DNA from: a virus
IMG/VR virus record: IMGVR_UViG_3300037096_000044
Span: 1 to 62,748 of that record
Direction: 5' to 3' (one strand)
Length of the DNA: 62,748 bases
Under the pieces are notes generated by a model, which saw only the letters and a list, made by a program, of their open reading frames with translations, was not told the origin of the DNA and searched no databases. The position numbers were made by a program, and so were the translations under genes. Shown here one piece after another: positions 8,642 through 18,268 of this stretch (positions are counted from its first letter, which is position 1; each line of letters starts with the position of its first letter).

Positions 8642-8905
8642 TTAATCGAGCCTCTTTATGTAGATGGCATAGACTTCGCCCGGTAGCGCCTTCGTCCCGA
8701 TATACTGGATCGTGCCGTTTAACTCGGGAACCACGCGCGTATCGCCGGGAGAGAAGTGAAGAAGTGCCTCAATGTGCCGCACGTACTCAGTGGCCGAGTA
8801 ACCGTACCTAATAGATTGACTGGCCGTGGTAGCGGATGAGAACATGAGGGGAACCAGGAACGCGAGTGCCGCGAGCAGCGGCCATTTTCCGCGAAGCACT
8901 TTCAT
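8642..8905 (-). CDS. Secreted small protein.
   Basis: Signal-peptide-like N-terminus MKVLRGKWPLLAALAFLVPLMFSSATTA. Confidence 0.5.
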   Translation of the reverse strand: MKVLRGKWPLLAALAFLVPLMFSSATTASQSIRYGYSATEYVRHIEALLHFSPGDTRVVPELNGTIQYIGTKALPGEVYAIYIKRLD

Positions 8906-9518
8906 TGGTTACACTCCTTATTGCTGAGATGATATCATTCACTGCGTCCGGATCATGGTCAGAACAAATATGGCAATCCGGTCTTTCAATAAATGTCAAA
9001 TTGGACGAATTGAACCCCGGTCCGGGGATAAGCGGCGCGCATCCTAGTCCCGCCGTATCGAGGCAATTGGGATTGTAGGTTTCCTGAGCGCGAAGAACAT
9101 TGGCGCTTAGATCGTCTCCGCCGCACCACTGCGAACGCTGAATAACAAAAACGCCCGCTATCGGCCGCGTAACTCCTGCCGCTACGTCCGGCGAAGCGTT
9201 CGCGCCACAAGAGAACCCAATGACAATTTCCTTAACGCCCGGAGGGTCGGCGGCAATATCATTCGCTGCTGCTGCCGTTTGGTAATAGTCATAAATCTGG
9301 ACCCGCGTTACTCCGGGAATTTTCGCGGCAAGCGCGGCGATATAATCCATGCCACCGTTATCGAGCGCCTCATTGCCGAGTGGTAGCATAACTGCTACAT
9401 GTGTCCCGGTCGTGTTTGAAATATCCGATACAATCGAGACAGGCAGCTGGCTGCCGCCGCCAATACCGGCACACCCTGCGAGAGAGAGAAAGAGTAAAGC
9501 AGCACAAAGCTTTTTCAT
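8808..9518 (-). CDS. Lipoprotein with a cutinase-like serine-hydrolase motif (possible lipid esterase).
   Basis: MKKLCAALLFLSLAGC is a lipobox. IVIGFSCGA matches GxSxG, and a downstream DCHICSDHD could supply Asp and His. Confidence 0.4.
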   Translation of the reverse strand: MKKLCAALLFLSLAGCAGIGGGSQLPVSIVSDISNTTGTHVAVMLPLGNEALDNGGMDYIAALAAKIPGVTRVQIYDYYQTAAAANDIAADPPGVKEIVIGFSCGANASPDVAAGVTRPIAGVFVIQRSQWCGGDDLSANVLRAQETYNPNCLDTAGLGCAPLIPGPGFNSSNLTFIERPDCHICSDHDPDAVNDIISAIRSVTNESASRKMAAARGTRVPGSPHVLIRYHGQSIY

Positions 9519-9928
9519 GGTGTCGCCTCCGAGGGTCTGGGAGTGGGAAGAGGTGGCCAAGGTTCGTCGCGAACCGTCCCGAGGCCATCGAGATGGAGCG
9601 CTTCATTTACAGCCGGAGTGCAATCGAGCTTCCTGCCTTTGATATATGGCCCACGGTCGTTGATGATAACTTCAGCGTGATTTCGCCCGAGGCTCAAGTA
9701 ACGACGTTCTCCAAGTCCGTGATCGATCGATGCGCACTTCATCGCTCTCGCATCGTATCTCTCGCCGGAGCTAGTACCAAAAAAGTTCTTCGGGACTGTG
9801 CCATCTCCCGGCCAATAGATCGAAGCAATTACACGCTCCGAGGCGTGAGCGACTAGATCATTCCATATCGCCACAACAATCGCCGCGAGTATAAGGAGAA
9901 CGGCGAGACGGAGAAGGTTCGCGATCAT
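9515..9928 (-). CDS. Membrane-anchored RlpA-like (DPBB) lytic transglycosylase.
   Basis: TM anchor IANLLRLAVLLILAAIVVAIW, then SGERYDARAMKCAS...VIINDRGPYIKGRKLDCTPA (RlpA/3D signature DRGP). Confidence 0.6.
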   Translation of the reverse strand: MIANLLRLAVLLILAAIVVAIWNDLVAHASERVIASIYWPGDGTVPKNFFGTSSGERYDARAMKCASIDHGLGERRYLSLGRNHAEVIINDRGPYIKGRKLDCTPAVNEALHLDGLGTVRDEPWPPLPTPRPSEATP

Positions 9929-10656
9929 ACGCTGCCCCAGTTGTTTACGAGCTTCGCGACCGTCATCGTCCCCACGAGCGTGGAGTTGTCGCAATAGCGC
10001 TCGATGCCAGGGAGAGTGTGCGGGCCTGGTCCCCATTGATCACCGTCATCTTGCCATTGCAACGGTCCGGACGCCTCCCAAGGAAACGGAACGAGCGCCG
10101 GGGCGAAAGTGCCGTATTGGCAAAACCAAAGTCGGCGCTTCGTAAAATTATTAAGGACTGTCCCGGAGGCTTTCGCGAGTTGGGCGCGTGGAGCATCACC
10201 CCCATACACCTTCATCGGAAAGCAGCACCAATTCTCAGTATAGTTACAAAAATCGTCTGCCCAAGAGGCTGGCTGCTGATACCCGGAAGCGCCGATGTCT
10301 TCCCAATCGAGCGTTAGGTCATCGCCCGGCTGATATCCGGCCGCCATAACCGCAGCCCTAAAATTAGCAGCTTCGATTATTGCCGCTCCTGTGCCATTGA
10401 AATGATAAAAGCCGAAGTGTGGAAATATGGAAAGAGAAGACCCGTCAACATCTGTGACGGGGATTGCTTTTCCATCCATCCAATACCGTCGCCGGTTCGC
10501 GGCTCGGCTATCTCGCTCATTGGTTCCTTCGCTGGCCTTGTGATCGAGGAAAGCGATGCCTTGTGCCTTCACTTGAGCAAAACCGGCTAGTGGCTGGTTT
10601 GGAAGGTCAATGACGTCATCACCTTCATAAAGGTCAATGCAAAACGGAGAGTTCAT
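9925..10656 (-). CDS. Glycoside hydrolase family 25-like muramidase (endolysin candidate).
   Basis: IDLYEGD...VKAQGIAFLDHKASEG...FGFYHF fits the GH25 pattern D-x-S/Y...KATEG...YHF. Confidence 0.55.
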   Translation of the reverse strand: MNSPFCIDLYEGDDVIDLPNQPLAGFAQVKAQGIAFLDHKASEGTNERDSRAANRRRYWMDGKAIPVTDVDGSSLSIFPHFGFYHFNGTGAAIIEAANFRAAVMAAGYQPGDDLTLDWEDIGASGYQQPASWADDFCNYTENWCCFPMKVYGGDAPRAQLAKASGTVLNNFTKRRLWFCQYGTFAPALVPFPWEASGPLQWQDDGDQWGPGPHTLPGIERYCDNSTLVGTMTVAKLVNNWGSV

Positions 10657-10660
10657 GTTT

Positions 10661-10891
10661 TCACCATCTTATGAAGTTGGAGGCGAGATAGGTCACAATG
10701 CCGAGAATTATCACAATCATAAAAATGATTATGATAGGCCAAACAAAATCGAAGCGCCCCGGAGCTTCGGCCTCGGATAGATATGGCCAAACTCCTTCCC
10801 CAAATGGTGGCTCTTCGTGGCGCGGGTCTATTATCAGTTTGCGTTCACGAAGAGCCATTTTGTAGAGCCTAGCGGCGGGAGAAAGGGTCAA
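10661..10891 (-). CDS. C-terminally anchored membrane protein (holin/spanin-like candidate).
   Basis: Hydrophobic segment FDFVWPIIIIFMIVIILGIVTYLASNF. Confidence 0.45.
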   Translation of the reverse strand: MTLSPAARLYKMALRERKLIIDPRHEEPPFGEGVWPYLSEAEAPGRFDFVWPIIIIFMIVIILGIVTYLASNFIRW

Positions 10892-11279
10892 CGAAGACCA
10901 ACCCGGCCATTCGGACTTCCCGCGTTCCGAAGTAATCGGCCACAGTCACTGTGCTGCCGTTCACGGCGACTACGGGAGCGACATGCCGCCCCGGCCAAAT
11001 CGCAGCCGTCCCTGGACCGGGAGCGGTGCGACGAAAAGCAAACCAACCATTTGCCAACCACATGTTCACCCCGTTAAGGACGTGATCAGTACGGTGAAAG
11101 AAATAATCTTCAGTGTGACACCCGCATGGACCTCCCATCGAGGCTGCGCGGAGACAATCGCTTGGAAGGCCAGAAAGAGAAGCGGAGACATAATGTCGAT
11201 GCCGACTTGCGGCGTTTGCTGGAGTTGATAAAATCGCCGTTATGAGTAATCCTATGCCGAGGATTGCTCGCGTCATCAT
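10869..11279 (-). CDS. Secreted CHAP/NlpC-like peptidase candidate.
   Basis: Signal peptide MMTRAILGIGLLITAILSTPANA. Also GGPCGCH and a later WPGRHVAPVVAVNGSTVTVADY (CHAP-like His region). Confidence 0.4.
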   Translation of the reverse strand: MMTRAILGIGLLITAILSTPANAASRHRHYVSASLSGLPSDCLRAASMGGPCGCHTEDYFFHRTDHVLNGVNMWLANGWFAFRRTAPGPGTAAIWPGRHVAPVVAVNGSTVTVADYFGTREVRMAGLVFVDPFSRR

Positions 11280-11359
11280 CTCACCTGTGAGTTGTTAAAG
11301 GATACGCGGTGGGTTACAAGAGAGAGAAAGCCTTTAGCCGGTTTCTCCGATCAATACTA

Positions 11360-11833
11360 CTATGGCAATGGCTTATAGCTGATGGATACGTTCGCGGTCG
11401 CTGTCCCACCTTCCGCCGTTCCGACGCGGGCATATAAGGTCGCCGCGTTATAGGAACGAGTGGCGGAATCATTGAGCGTCAATGACATCGCATTATTGTT
11501 TGTATTTTGAGAGGCCGAAGTAACTGTGATCGCTTGATCCGACGCGACGGCGACACCACTTCCGCCCGAGCCACCCGTCGCAGTGTACACGCTCAGCGTC
11601 GCAGTCGATATTGAGGCGGAGGCCCCAGAGATACGGATATCAGTTACCACGTATCGGGTGAACCCGGCTGGCAGGTTAATCGTAATGGCATTATCGGTCG
11701 CGCCAGAGTTGAAATTGAGTGCGGCTCCGACCGCGCACAGCTTATCGATGAGCGCGAATACGCCATTTAAGAACGTAGCGAGCGCCGACATCGTCAGCGG
11801 TGAAGATGGAGTAGTTAGATTTGCAATAGTCAT
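11360..11833 (-). CDS. Tail fibre/receptor-binding-like protein, a paralog of the C-terminal part of 11845-12393.
   Basis: Shares the blocks INLPAGFTRY / IIPLPPGFSTY, VTSASQNTNNN / VSTASANTNNN and SYNAATLYARV / SYNAATLYFRV. Confidence 0.55.
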   Translation of the reverse strand: MTIANLTTPSSPLTMSALATFLNGVFALIDKLCAVGAALNFNSGATDNAITINLPAGFTRYVVTDIRISGASASISTATLSVYTATGGSGGSGVAVASDQAITVTSASQNTNNNAMSLTLNDSATRSYNAATLYARVGTAEGGTATANVSISYKPLP

Positions 11834-11844
11834 TTTGTCGCCTC

Positions 11845-12393
11845 TTAGAAGAGCGGAATAATGAAGAGCGTCACATTGCCCGTTTGCGCGGAGCCTTCGG
11901 CCGTTTGAACCCGGAAATATAAAGTCGCAGCATTGTAACTTTGCGTTCCTGCATTATTGATCGTAAAGCTTTGGGTATTGTTATTGGTATTCGCGGAGGC
12001 AGTGGAAACTGTAATCGCCGTCCCGGTCGTAACAATCGCCGTCCCGCCCGCCCCGGTCGCGGTGAACAAGCCACAAGTCGCGGTCGTTAGTGTTCCGGAA
12101 GCATCCGAAAGATAAAGAGCACTAACGAGATAGGTGGAGAACCCCGGAGGCAGCGGAATTATAATCGCATTATCGGTATTTGCGGCATTGAAATTTATTC
12201 CAGTCAGTGTAACACGGAGCCGGGCAATTTCAGCGAGCTTCGCAGCTGCCCACCCGCCTGCCGTTACGCCGTCTTGAACAACCAATCGGTTGTTTGTAGT
12301 ATCAATCGCGATTTCACCTTGAGCCCCGGTGAAAGTTGATACTTGAGCAATCGAACCGCGTCGGTGCTGGAGCTGGACTGCTGATGACGTCAT
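11845..12393 (-). CDS. Tail fibre protein with an Mtd-N/DUF2793-like N-terminus.
   Basis: The pattern LQHRRGSIAQVSTFTGAQGEIAIDTTNNRLVVQDGVTAGG is typical of phage fibre N-termini. Confidence 0.6.
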   Translation of the reverse strand: MTSSAVQLQHRRGSIAQVSTFTGAQGEIAIDTTNNRLVVQDGVTAGGWAAAKLAEIARLRVTLTGINFNAANTDNAIIIPLPPGFSTYLVSALYLSDASGTLTTATCGLFTATGAGGTAIVTTGTAITVSTASANTNNNTQSFTINNAGTQSYNAATLYFRVQTAEGSAQTGNVTLFIIPLF

Positions 12394-15300
12394 GGGTAAT
12401 CGCTCGATGAGTTGCCGGATACGGTCATATTGACAGGAGTGACATTATTGTTCTCGCCGGAAAGGTCGAAGCCTAATGCGGTAACGGATGAAGAGTTATT
12501 GTAAGCATAGAAACCATCTGCAACTCCTGTATAGGCTCCGAGGAACGTGATTGGGGCTAACGGCGATCCGCCCGCGAAGTCTGACGCGGGGAGAGCTTGA
12601 CCATCAATATAGTAAGTGTCTTCCATCTTTCCGTCGAAACCGAAACCAAAGGAATTGGTACCGCCGCCGGTCGAATAAAGATAAGCAATGACCACGATCC
12701 CACTTCCACCACCCCCGCTTCCATACAAACTTGCGCCACCACCGCCGCCGCCTGTATTTGGGGTTCCTGATACAGCAGGGCCGTTATTCCCCCCAGCGCC
12801 GCCGCCGCCAGAACCGCCAGCGCCGCCAGCGCCGCCAGCGCTAAGATCGCCCGCACCACCGCCGCCGCCGCCATAAATTACCGACGTGCCGGTAATTGAT
12901 GAAGATATCCCCGAGCCGCCAGCGCCGCCAATGTGACCGCTGCCCGTATTACCGCCGCCACCAGCGCCGCCGCCGCCACCAGCGTTAGTACTACCGGCTG
13001 CGCCTGCATTTCCTTGACCACCTGTGCCGCTTCCTCCCGAACCACCTGTGCCACCGCCACCGCCGCTTCCTCCCGTTGCACCATTGGTTGCTAGACCACC
13101 ACCACCGCCGCCACCAATAGCAGTTAACGGAGACGGAAATGCGATCTCGCTATTGCCACCGCTGTTTCCAAGAAGCGGTCCTGATGAACCTACCCCGAGC
13201 CCAGCGCCGCCGAGGCCCACCGTTATGGCGTAACTCCCGGCTGTTACTGATGTGCTGCCAGCGAGGACGCCGCCACCCCCACCGCCACCCGCTGCGTAAT
13301 GGCCACCACCACTACCACCGCCAGCGACGACCAAGTAGTTGATCACACTCACTGCACTCGCTGTGAATGTGCCCGATCCGGTGAATGTATGAATGCGGTA
13401 GCCACCCCCGGTCGTGATCGTACCGCCAGTTGACGCGCCCATACCCTGATTGACGCCCGCTCCGAGCGCCATATTAGTATTTTGCGGTGGCGAGGTCCCG
13501 GAAAGAGTTTCGGAGGAGCCATCGAGATAGAGCTTAACGCGGTTCGCAGCTGTCGCTTGAGTGGTATCAATAGCGACGCAAAGGTGGTGCCAAAGTTCAT
13601 CGCTGACAAGGCTCGAAGTCGTCAAGCTCATATACGTTCCGAGCGCGGTGGATGCGGCATTGACCGCGAACGAAGCGCCACCGACAAATTGGATGGCGAC
13701 TTGGTTCGCGGACGATCCTTGCTGCGCTAGGAATAAATTGGCAGTCTCGCTTGTCCCTCCGTATTTGAACCAAGTGGCAAAAGTGAATTTCTGCTGGTTC
13801 GCATTTGTATTCTGCGGGATGGTTGTGTATTGGTTTGCCGCCGCTCCGCTAGCTACACTTCGGAAGATCAACGATCCAGTTGAGATTGTGAAATAAACTG
13901 ACAGATCAATATCAATCAAAATATATGGCTGGGTGGTCGTGGTCGTTAAAAGACCGACGCCACCGCCGAAATCATCAACCGCCGTAATGGCACTATTGAC
14001 TTGTCCTAAATCAACGGATGCGACTTCGAGCGCTTGAGCTAACGGATGAGCGTATGCTAGAGCAGCAGGCGAGAAGGTATATGCAACACATTCCGCAAGC
14101 GTTTGAAGTCCTAAGCCATAGCCGTTATAAGCTTGAAACTTTAAATACAGCGTTTGATTAAGATACTGGGCCGGCAGATCATAGGTGAAAATTGAAGTGT
14201 CGAGCCGAGCAAAAGGGGCATTGACGGCATGGGATTGAATGACGGAGCCATATAGGCCACGGTTCAATCCGGTTAGAGCGTAGGTGTTTCCGGAAACGAG
14301 TGTGGCGGTTGTGTATGTTAGAAGCTCATCGTCTATAATACAAAGGTTCGCTGCTAACCCGGCTCCGGTCGGAGTAATTGAGGCAAGTGAGCCGTTGCTC
14401 TCTGAGAGATTGACGGTAAGTGTATCGACATTGTCCGGGTTCGTCCCAAGGTAAGTCGGAAGGCCTGTTGTTAACACGCCCATCCGGGCCGCGCCGGTTT
14501 GTTTCCCAATATTTTGGTAATTGGAGCCATCGAGCGAGAGCCAAACAAAACATCCGCCAAAATTTGGATCGAACGTCCCGCTAGGACCTCCCGAAATAGC
14601 AATCCAAACTTCCGGATTACTGCCGACCGGGGTGGAGCCTAGCATTGTGGCCGGAGGCTCGAACACAATCGGAGTATTGACCAGGTTCGGGACGATTTCA
14701 GCGTTGATAGCGAAACCAGAACCGGCTTGCGTCCCGTACTCGGGCGCGGAGACGGTGCCTAGGAACTCCTCTCCGGTAATTGTGATTGTGAAATCTTCGT
14801 TTTCTTGTATCTCAATAATCCGGACGCCTTGACGGTTTAAGCCTTGGGCGCTGTCGGTGATGGTGGCAATCGCCATAAGCTCTAGGATGAGCATAAAATG
14901 GCGGCCGACGGTCCACTGAAACGTCCGGATAATATTTTGCCGCAGCAGCTGGAGAACGGCGGATTGCTGCGCGGCGGAAGCGAGACAAAAGAAATGAGCT
15001 TGTTTTATATCGCTCGGACGCTCACGACCGAACGCGATGATGGATGCTTCGTCCTTTTGCTCGATGTCCACCGGATTGTAGTTATTGTTCCGGTCGAGGT
15101 ATTCGAGCTTAATATTGTTAAGGACTTGATCGCGCGATATCCGGATCGTCAAAAACGGGCTATCAGGGTTCGCGGTCCCGGTTCCAATTGTCCCTTGGTT
15201 CTTTAGGCAATCATCAATTGTGAAGTCATAAAGCGAATTGGTATTTGGGACATATGACGATGTAGCGGCCCAAGTATATTCGATAAGGACGGTTTGGCCA

Positions 15301-16337
15301 ATATCGCTTTGACTAAAATAATAGGTGCCGCCTTGCTCGTAATACGTTCCGACCGCGAGAGCGCCATTATAGCTTGTAACAGGAGTTAATGAACCGCCCG
15401 CTAGATAGGTGACGCCTTCATCTGCGACGAAGCTGCCGGCGTTACCAACTAGGATGGAAGGATAAGAGACGTTCGGAACAATATGGGTTTCGGTGATAGA
15501 TGTAACGGAGCCGAGCGTAACGGCGCTATCTCCATAAGGCTCCACGGTAAGGAAGCCGTATTGCCAGCACGCTACCGCGTTCGTGAACGTACACATGTCG
15601 GAAGCGTAGGAAGAGGCTTGGACTGCTGTAGCGAGCGCCGGAGAGACGACTAAACCGAGAGCCAACGTATAACTTTGCCAATCCGTTAGCGATCCTAGCC
15701 GATCAGCCGGAAAGCCGACACCATTATACCCATTCGTCAAGAATTGAGTGAATGCGATAGTAACATCACCGTCCGGTTGACCCGGTATCGCGGTGTTATT
15801 ATTTGAGAGAAGTTCAAAGGTGAAATTCGGAAGCGATGGATCAGTGCCAAGATAAAGATTTGCCGCGCCCATGTAAGCAATGCCGCGATAACCTTCCGCG
15901 TGAGATGGGTCGGCGCTCTCGGTATAGCTCCAAGTCGTTTGGGCGTAGTCTCCGAAGAACCATTCATAATTCGATGGAACTGTTGATTGACCGGTAAGCG
16001 GCGCGGCTTCGACCGCGTAAGCCGTTCCATTAACCCACATCTGTTCGAAAGCTGCGACGGGACCTTCACAAGCTGCTAAGATGAGTGTGGCATAATAAAC
16101 AGTCTCGGTTCCTCCGGGCGTCGAAAAAATGCCGCCTTTCCCTCCGCCTCCGCCAGCTGAGGCAACACTTTGCGAATTGAAACCGTAATAATCTATTAGG
16201 TTACAACCAATCCTGGTTTGACCTCCGAGGAAAAGAGTAAGCGGGACGCCTTGTAATGACGTATTAACGCGCAGCGCCGACGCGGGCGGTGTCGTTGTCT
16301 TTTGACTGCCGAATAAGCTTTGAAAGAAACGAGCCAC
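12390..16337 (-). CDS. Host-specificity / central tail fibre protein (GTA g15 'megatron'-like) with a LamG-like domain and a Gly-rich C-terminal region.
   Basis: 1315 aa, downstream of the hub and peptidase genes. A ConA/LamG-like block is present (WHHLCVAIDTT...VKLYLDGS), followed by long GGxGG tracts. Confidence 0.7.
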   Translation of the reverse strand: MARFFQSLFGSQKTTTPPASALRVNTSLQGVPLTLFLGGQTRIGCNLIDYYGFNSQSVASAGGGGGKGGIFSTPGGTETVYYATLILAACEGPVAAFEQMWVNGTAYAVEAAPLTGQSTVPSNYEWFFGDYAQTTWSYTESADPSHAEGYRGIAYMGAANLYLGTDPSLPNFTFELLSNNNTAIPGQPDGDVTIAFTQFLTNGYNGVGFPADRLGSLTDWQSYTLALGLVVSPALATAVQASSYASDMCTFTNAVACWQYGFLTVEPYGDSAVTLGSVTSITETHIVPNVSYPSILVGNAGSFVADEGVTYLAGGSLTPVTSYNGALAVGTYYEQGGTYYFSQSDIGQTVLIEYTWAATSSYVPNTNSLYDFTIDDCLKNQGTIGTGTANPDSPFLTIRISRDQVLNNIKLEYLDRNNNYNPVDIEQKDEASIIAFGRERPSDIKQAHFFCLASAAQQSAVLQLLRQNIIRTFQWTVGRHFMLILELMAIATITDSAQGLNRQGVRIIEIQENEDFTITITGEEFLGTVSAPEYGTQAGSGFAINAEIVPNLVNTPIVFEPPATMLGSTPVGSNPEVWIAISGGPSGTFDPNFGGCFVWLSLDGSNYQNIGKQTGAARMGVLTTGLPTYLGTNPDNVDTLTVNLSESNGSLASITPTGAGLAANLCIIDDELLTYTTATLVSGNTYALTGLNRGLYGSVIQSHAVNAPFARLDTSIFTYDLPAQYLNQTLYLKFQAYNGYGLGLQTLAECVAYTFSPAALAYAHPLAQALEVASVDLGQVNSAITAVDDFGGGVGLLTTTTTQPYILIDIDLSVYFTISTGSLIFRSVASGAAANQYTTIPQNTNANQQKFTFATWFKYGGTSETANLFLAQQGSSANQVAIQFVGGASFAVNAASTALGTYMSLTTSSLVSDELWHHLCVAIDTTQATAANRVKLYLDGSSETLSGTSPPQNTNMALGAGVNQGMGASTGGTITTGGGYRIHTFTGSGTFTASAVSVINYLVVAGGGSGGGHYAAGGGGGGGVLAGSTSVTAGSYAITVGLGGAGLGVGSSGPLLGNSGGNSEIAFPSPLTAIGGGGGGGLATNGATGGSGGGGGTGGSGGSGTGGQGNAGAAGSTNAGGGGGAGGGGNTGSGHIGGAGGSGISSSITGTSVIYGGGGGGAGDLSAGGAGGAGGSGGGGAGGNNGPAVSGTPNTGGGGGGASLYGSGGGGSGIVVIAYLYSTGGGTNSFGFGFDGKMEDTYYIDGQALPASDFAGGSPLAPITFLGAYTGVADGFYAYNNSSSVTALGFDLSGENNNVTPVNMTVSGNSSSDYP

Positions 16338-16345
16338 ATTCTACC

Positions 16346-16792
16346 TCACCAGATAGAAAAGAACTTGGTATCAAGAATAGGCATCCCGAGATGAACCGCG
16401 TTCCCAAAGCCTCTTCGCACCAGCTTAGAGGTCGAGTGGGCATGGATAATATTTGGCCAGCCCGGCTTAATCACAATAGCACCATGCGCAAAACAATTCC
16501 CGATCTTATACATAACGATGTCACCAGTCTTCACGCGCGATAAATCAATTTCATGCGCAAATCTTGAAACAAATTCTAGGTAATATTCATCAGAGCGGTG
16601 CAAGAAATGCTGTGGCGAATAGGTCTCAATCTTAAAGTCTTCGATGATCCCAGCTTCAACGAAGACGCATTTAACGAGCTTACCACAATCCGTCCCAACG
16701 CCCTTTAGCTCGCCTAGATCGTGATATGGCGTTCGCAACCACTCCCGCGCTACCCGGTCGATAGCATCCCGGCCGGAGGCTTCATCGATCAT
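16346..16792 (-). CDS. NlpC/P60-family cell-wall peptidase (GTA g14-like tail-associated lysin).
   Basis: GTDCGKLVKCVF carries the nucleophile Cys and HGAIV the His. The gene sits between the hub and host-specificity genes. Confidence 0.65.
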   Translation of the reverse strand: MIDEASGRDAIDRVAREWLRTPYHDLGELKGVGTDCGKLVKCVFVEAGIIEDFKIETYSPQHFLHRSDEYYLEFVSRFAHEIDLSRVKTGDIVMYKIGNCFAHGAIVIKPGWPNIIHAHSTSKLVRRGFGNAVHLGMPILDTKFFSIW

Positions 16793-17841
16793 GCGCCACC
16801 GAGAATTTCCGGAGGCGGAATGAAAAGCTGCCCGCCATAATTATCGACTGCTGTGGAAGGCTGAAAGGCTTGACAGGTAGTATAAACCTTATTACATCCT
16901 GGATAGATCGTGAAAGTATCGCCCACATTAACTGTAAATGGGAGCGGGTTGAAAAGTGTCAGCGTTGAAGAGCCATCCCAACTCTTAATGGTCCGCTGGA
17001 AAGTGTTATTTAGTCCCGAGGTAAAGACGATGCGGCCGAGCGCATAAGTGCCGGAGCCGGAAGGAACGGAAATGCCGCCACTACCAATAATTGAAGTCGA
17101 AGTCGAGTTGGCTGCCACCGTCCCATTAGTCGCGAAGCTTGAAGCGTTCATATTGTTCGAGGCATTACAGCCGAGGTCAAACAGCGTATGCCGGCAAAGC
17201 CCCTGATAAAAGTGACGCGGCATCGAGATGGTAAGGAGTGAACGATAATCGTTCACTGTTAGAATTGCTAAAGCGTTCGTTACATCGACCTCCGCAATGG
17301 TCCCGGCGAAAATAACCTTACACCCTGTCGGAACCGCGCCACCGCTCTGTAGCGGCCAAGCCGGGAGGACGGAGAAATAAGCTTCATCCACCTGAAAATC
17401 CGCACTATCGAGCGCTCCGCCAGCCGCCGCCTGTAGCCAAGGCACCGAGCCAATAGTGTCCGGGAAAGTCGCGCCCGTTACCGGATCGAATGGACGCGGC
17501 ATAATGACCAGCGTCCATGTATCAGTGTCTAAGCCAACCTTAAAGTGAGCCTGGGTCTTCGATTGCTTTTGATCGACGCGGACGCCTTGGGCCGAATAGG
17601 TATAGCCAGCAATCTTTGAGACCCCGACTGCATAGAGGTCCACATATTGCGTTTGATAAAGATTGCCGGCCAGATAAAGGTCACTATAGCCTTCATCAAT
17701 ACCTAGGATGTCGCAATCTGCATCGGTGAACCGGAGAACTCCGCCGCCGAAGAGGGTGATGGTATAAAGCCGCGCGACGAAGAGCGGAGCGTTATCCTCC
17801 ACCACCGAATTAAAGAGAGCGGTGAGCGCTGGGTTAAGCAT
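16789..17841 (-). CDS. Baseplate hub protein (DUF2163 plus BR0599-like, GTA g13-like).
   Basis: N-terminus LFVARLYTITLFGGGVLRFTDAD and Cys-containing block GLCRHTLFDLGC. The gene order matches the GTA set. Confidence 0.6.
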   Translation of the reverse strand: MLNPALTALFNSVVEDNAPLFVARLYTITLFGGGVLRFTDADCDILGIDEGYSDLYLAGNLYQTQYVDLYAVGVSKIAGYTYSAQGVRVDQKQSKTQAHFKVGLDTDTWTLVIMPRPFDPVTGATFPDTIGSVPWLQAAAGGALDSADFQVDEAYFSVLPAWPLQSGGAVPTGCKVIFAGTIAEVDVTNALAILTVNDYRSLLTISMPRHFYQGLCRHTLFDLGCNASNNMNASSFATNGTVAANSTSTSIIGSGGISVPSGSGTYALGRIVFTSGLNNTFQRTIKSWDGSSTLTLFNPLPFTVNVGDTFTIYPGCNKVYTTCQAFQPSTAVDNYGGQLFIPPPEILGGA

Positions 17842-18268
17842 TGCCGAACGGGTAATTGGACCCGGCGAAAGTTGGAGCCAGCATCAGCCCTTCGATACTT
17901 GATAATGGTTCCTTCGAATAAAGAACAAAGCTCGTCATCGGTTCGCCCGCGTTCGCTAGATCGCGGTCCGCCGTAAGGATTAAAGCGGCCAAACCATCGA
18001 GCGCCGCATTGCGCACCGGCAACGCAATGATGATCCACCATCCCGGCTGATAGGTATGGGTGACGACGTTCACCGTACCGATGCCGCCGGGACCGGTCGC
18101 AGGGGTTGTCGTGTCCTGCGCCGGATTCCAGACCTGCACGCCGGGGATGCAGACGTCGCCGCGCCAGGAGCCGGGATTGTCGTTCACGCCAGCACGCCAA
18201 TAAGCGCCAACAACCGGATCGGCTTGCGCGGTCGGCTGATCGGCGAAGCAAAACAGATAATCGATCAT
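17834..18268 (-). CDS. Hypothetical tail-module protein.
   Basis: The internal start MIDYLFCFADQ... overlaps the upstream stop. Confidence 0.4.
   Translation of the reverse strand: MIDYLFCFADQPTAQADPVVGAYWRAGVNDNPGSWRGDVCIPGVQVWNPAQDTTTPATGPGGIGTVNVVTHTYQPGWWIIIALPVRNAALDGLAALILTADRDLANAGEPMTSFVLYSKEPLSSIEGLMLAPTFAGSNYPFGNA

Noticed and set aside
11845-12393. A diversity-generating retroelement, considered because the fibre has an Mtd-like N-terminus.
   Set aside because: I found no reverse transcriptase and no template or variable repeat pair with adenine-specific differences anywhere in the window.
12557-13342. Poly-Pro and Ala/Arg-rich ORFs overlapping the Gly-rich end of the host-specificity gene (for example 12688..12876 + and 13024..13233 +).
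   Set aside because: They are antisense or off-frame readings of GGN-rich coding DNA, with no start context and implausible composition.
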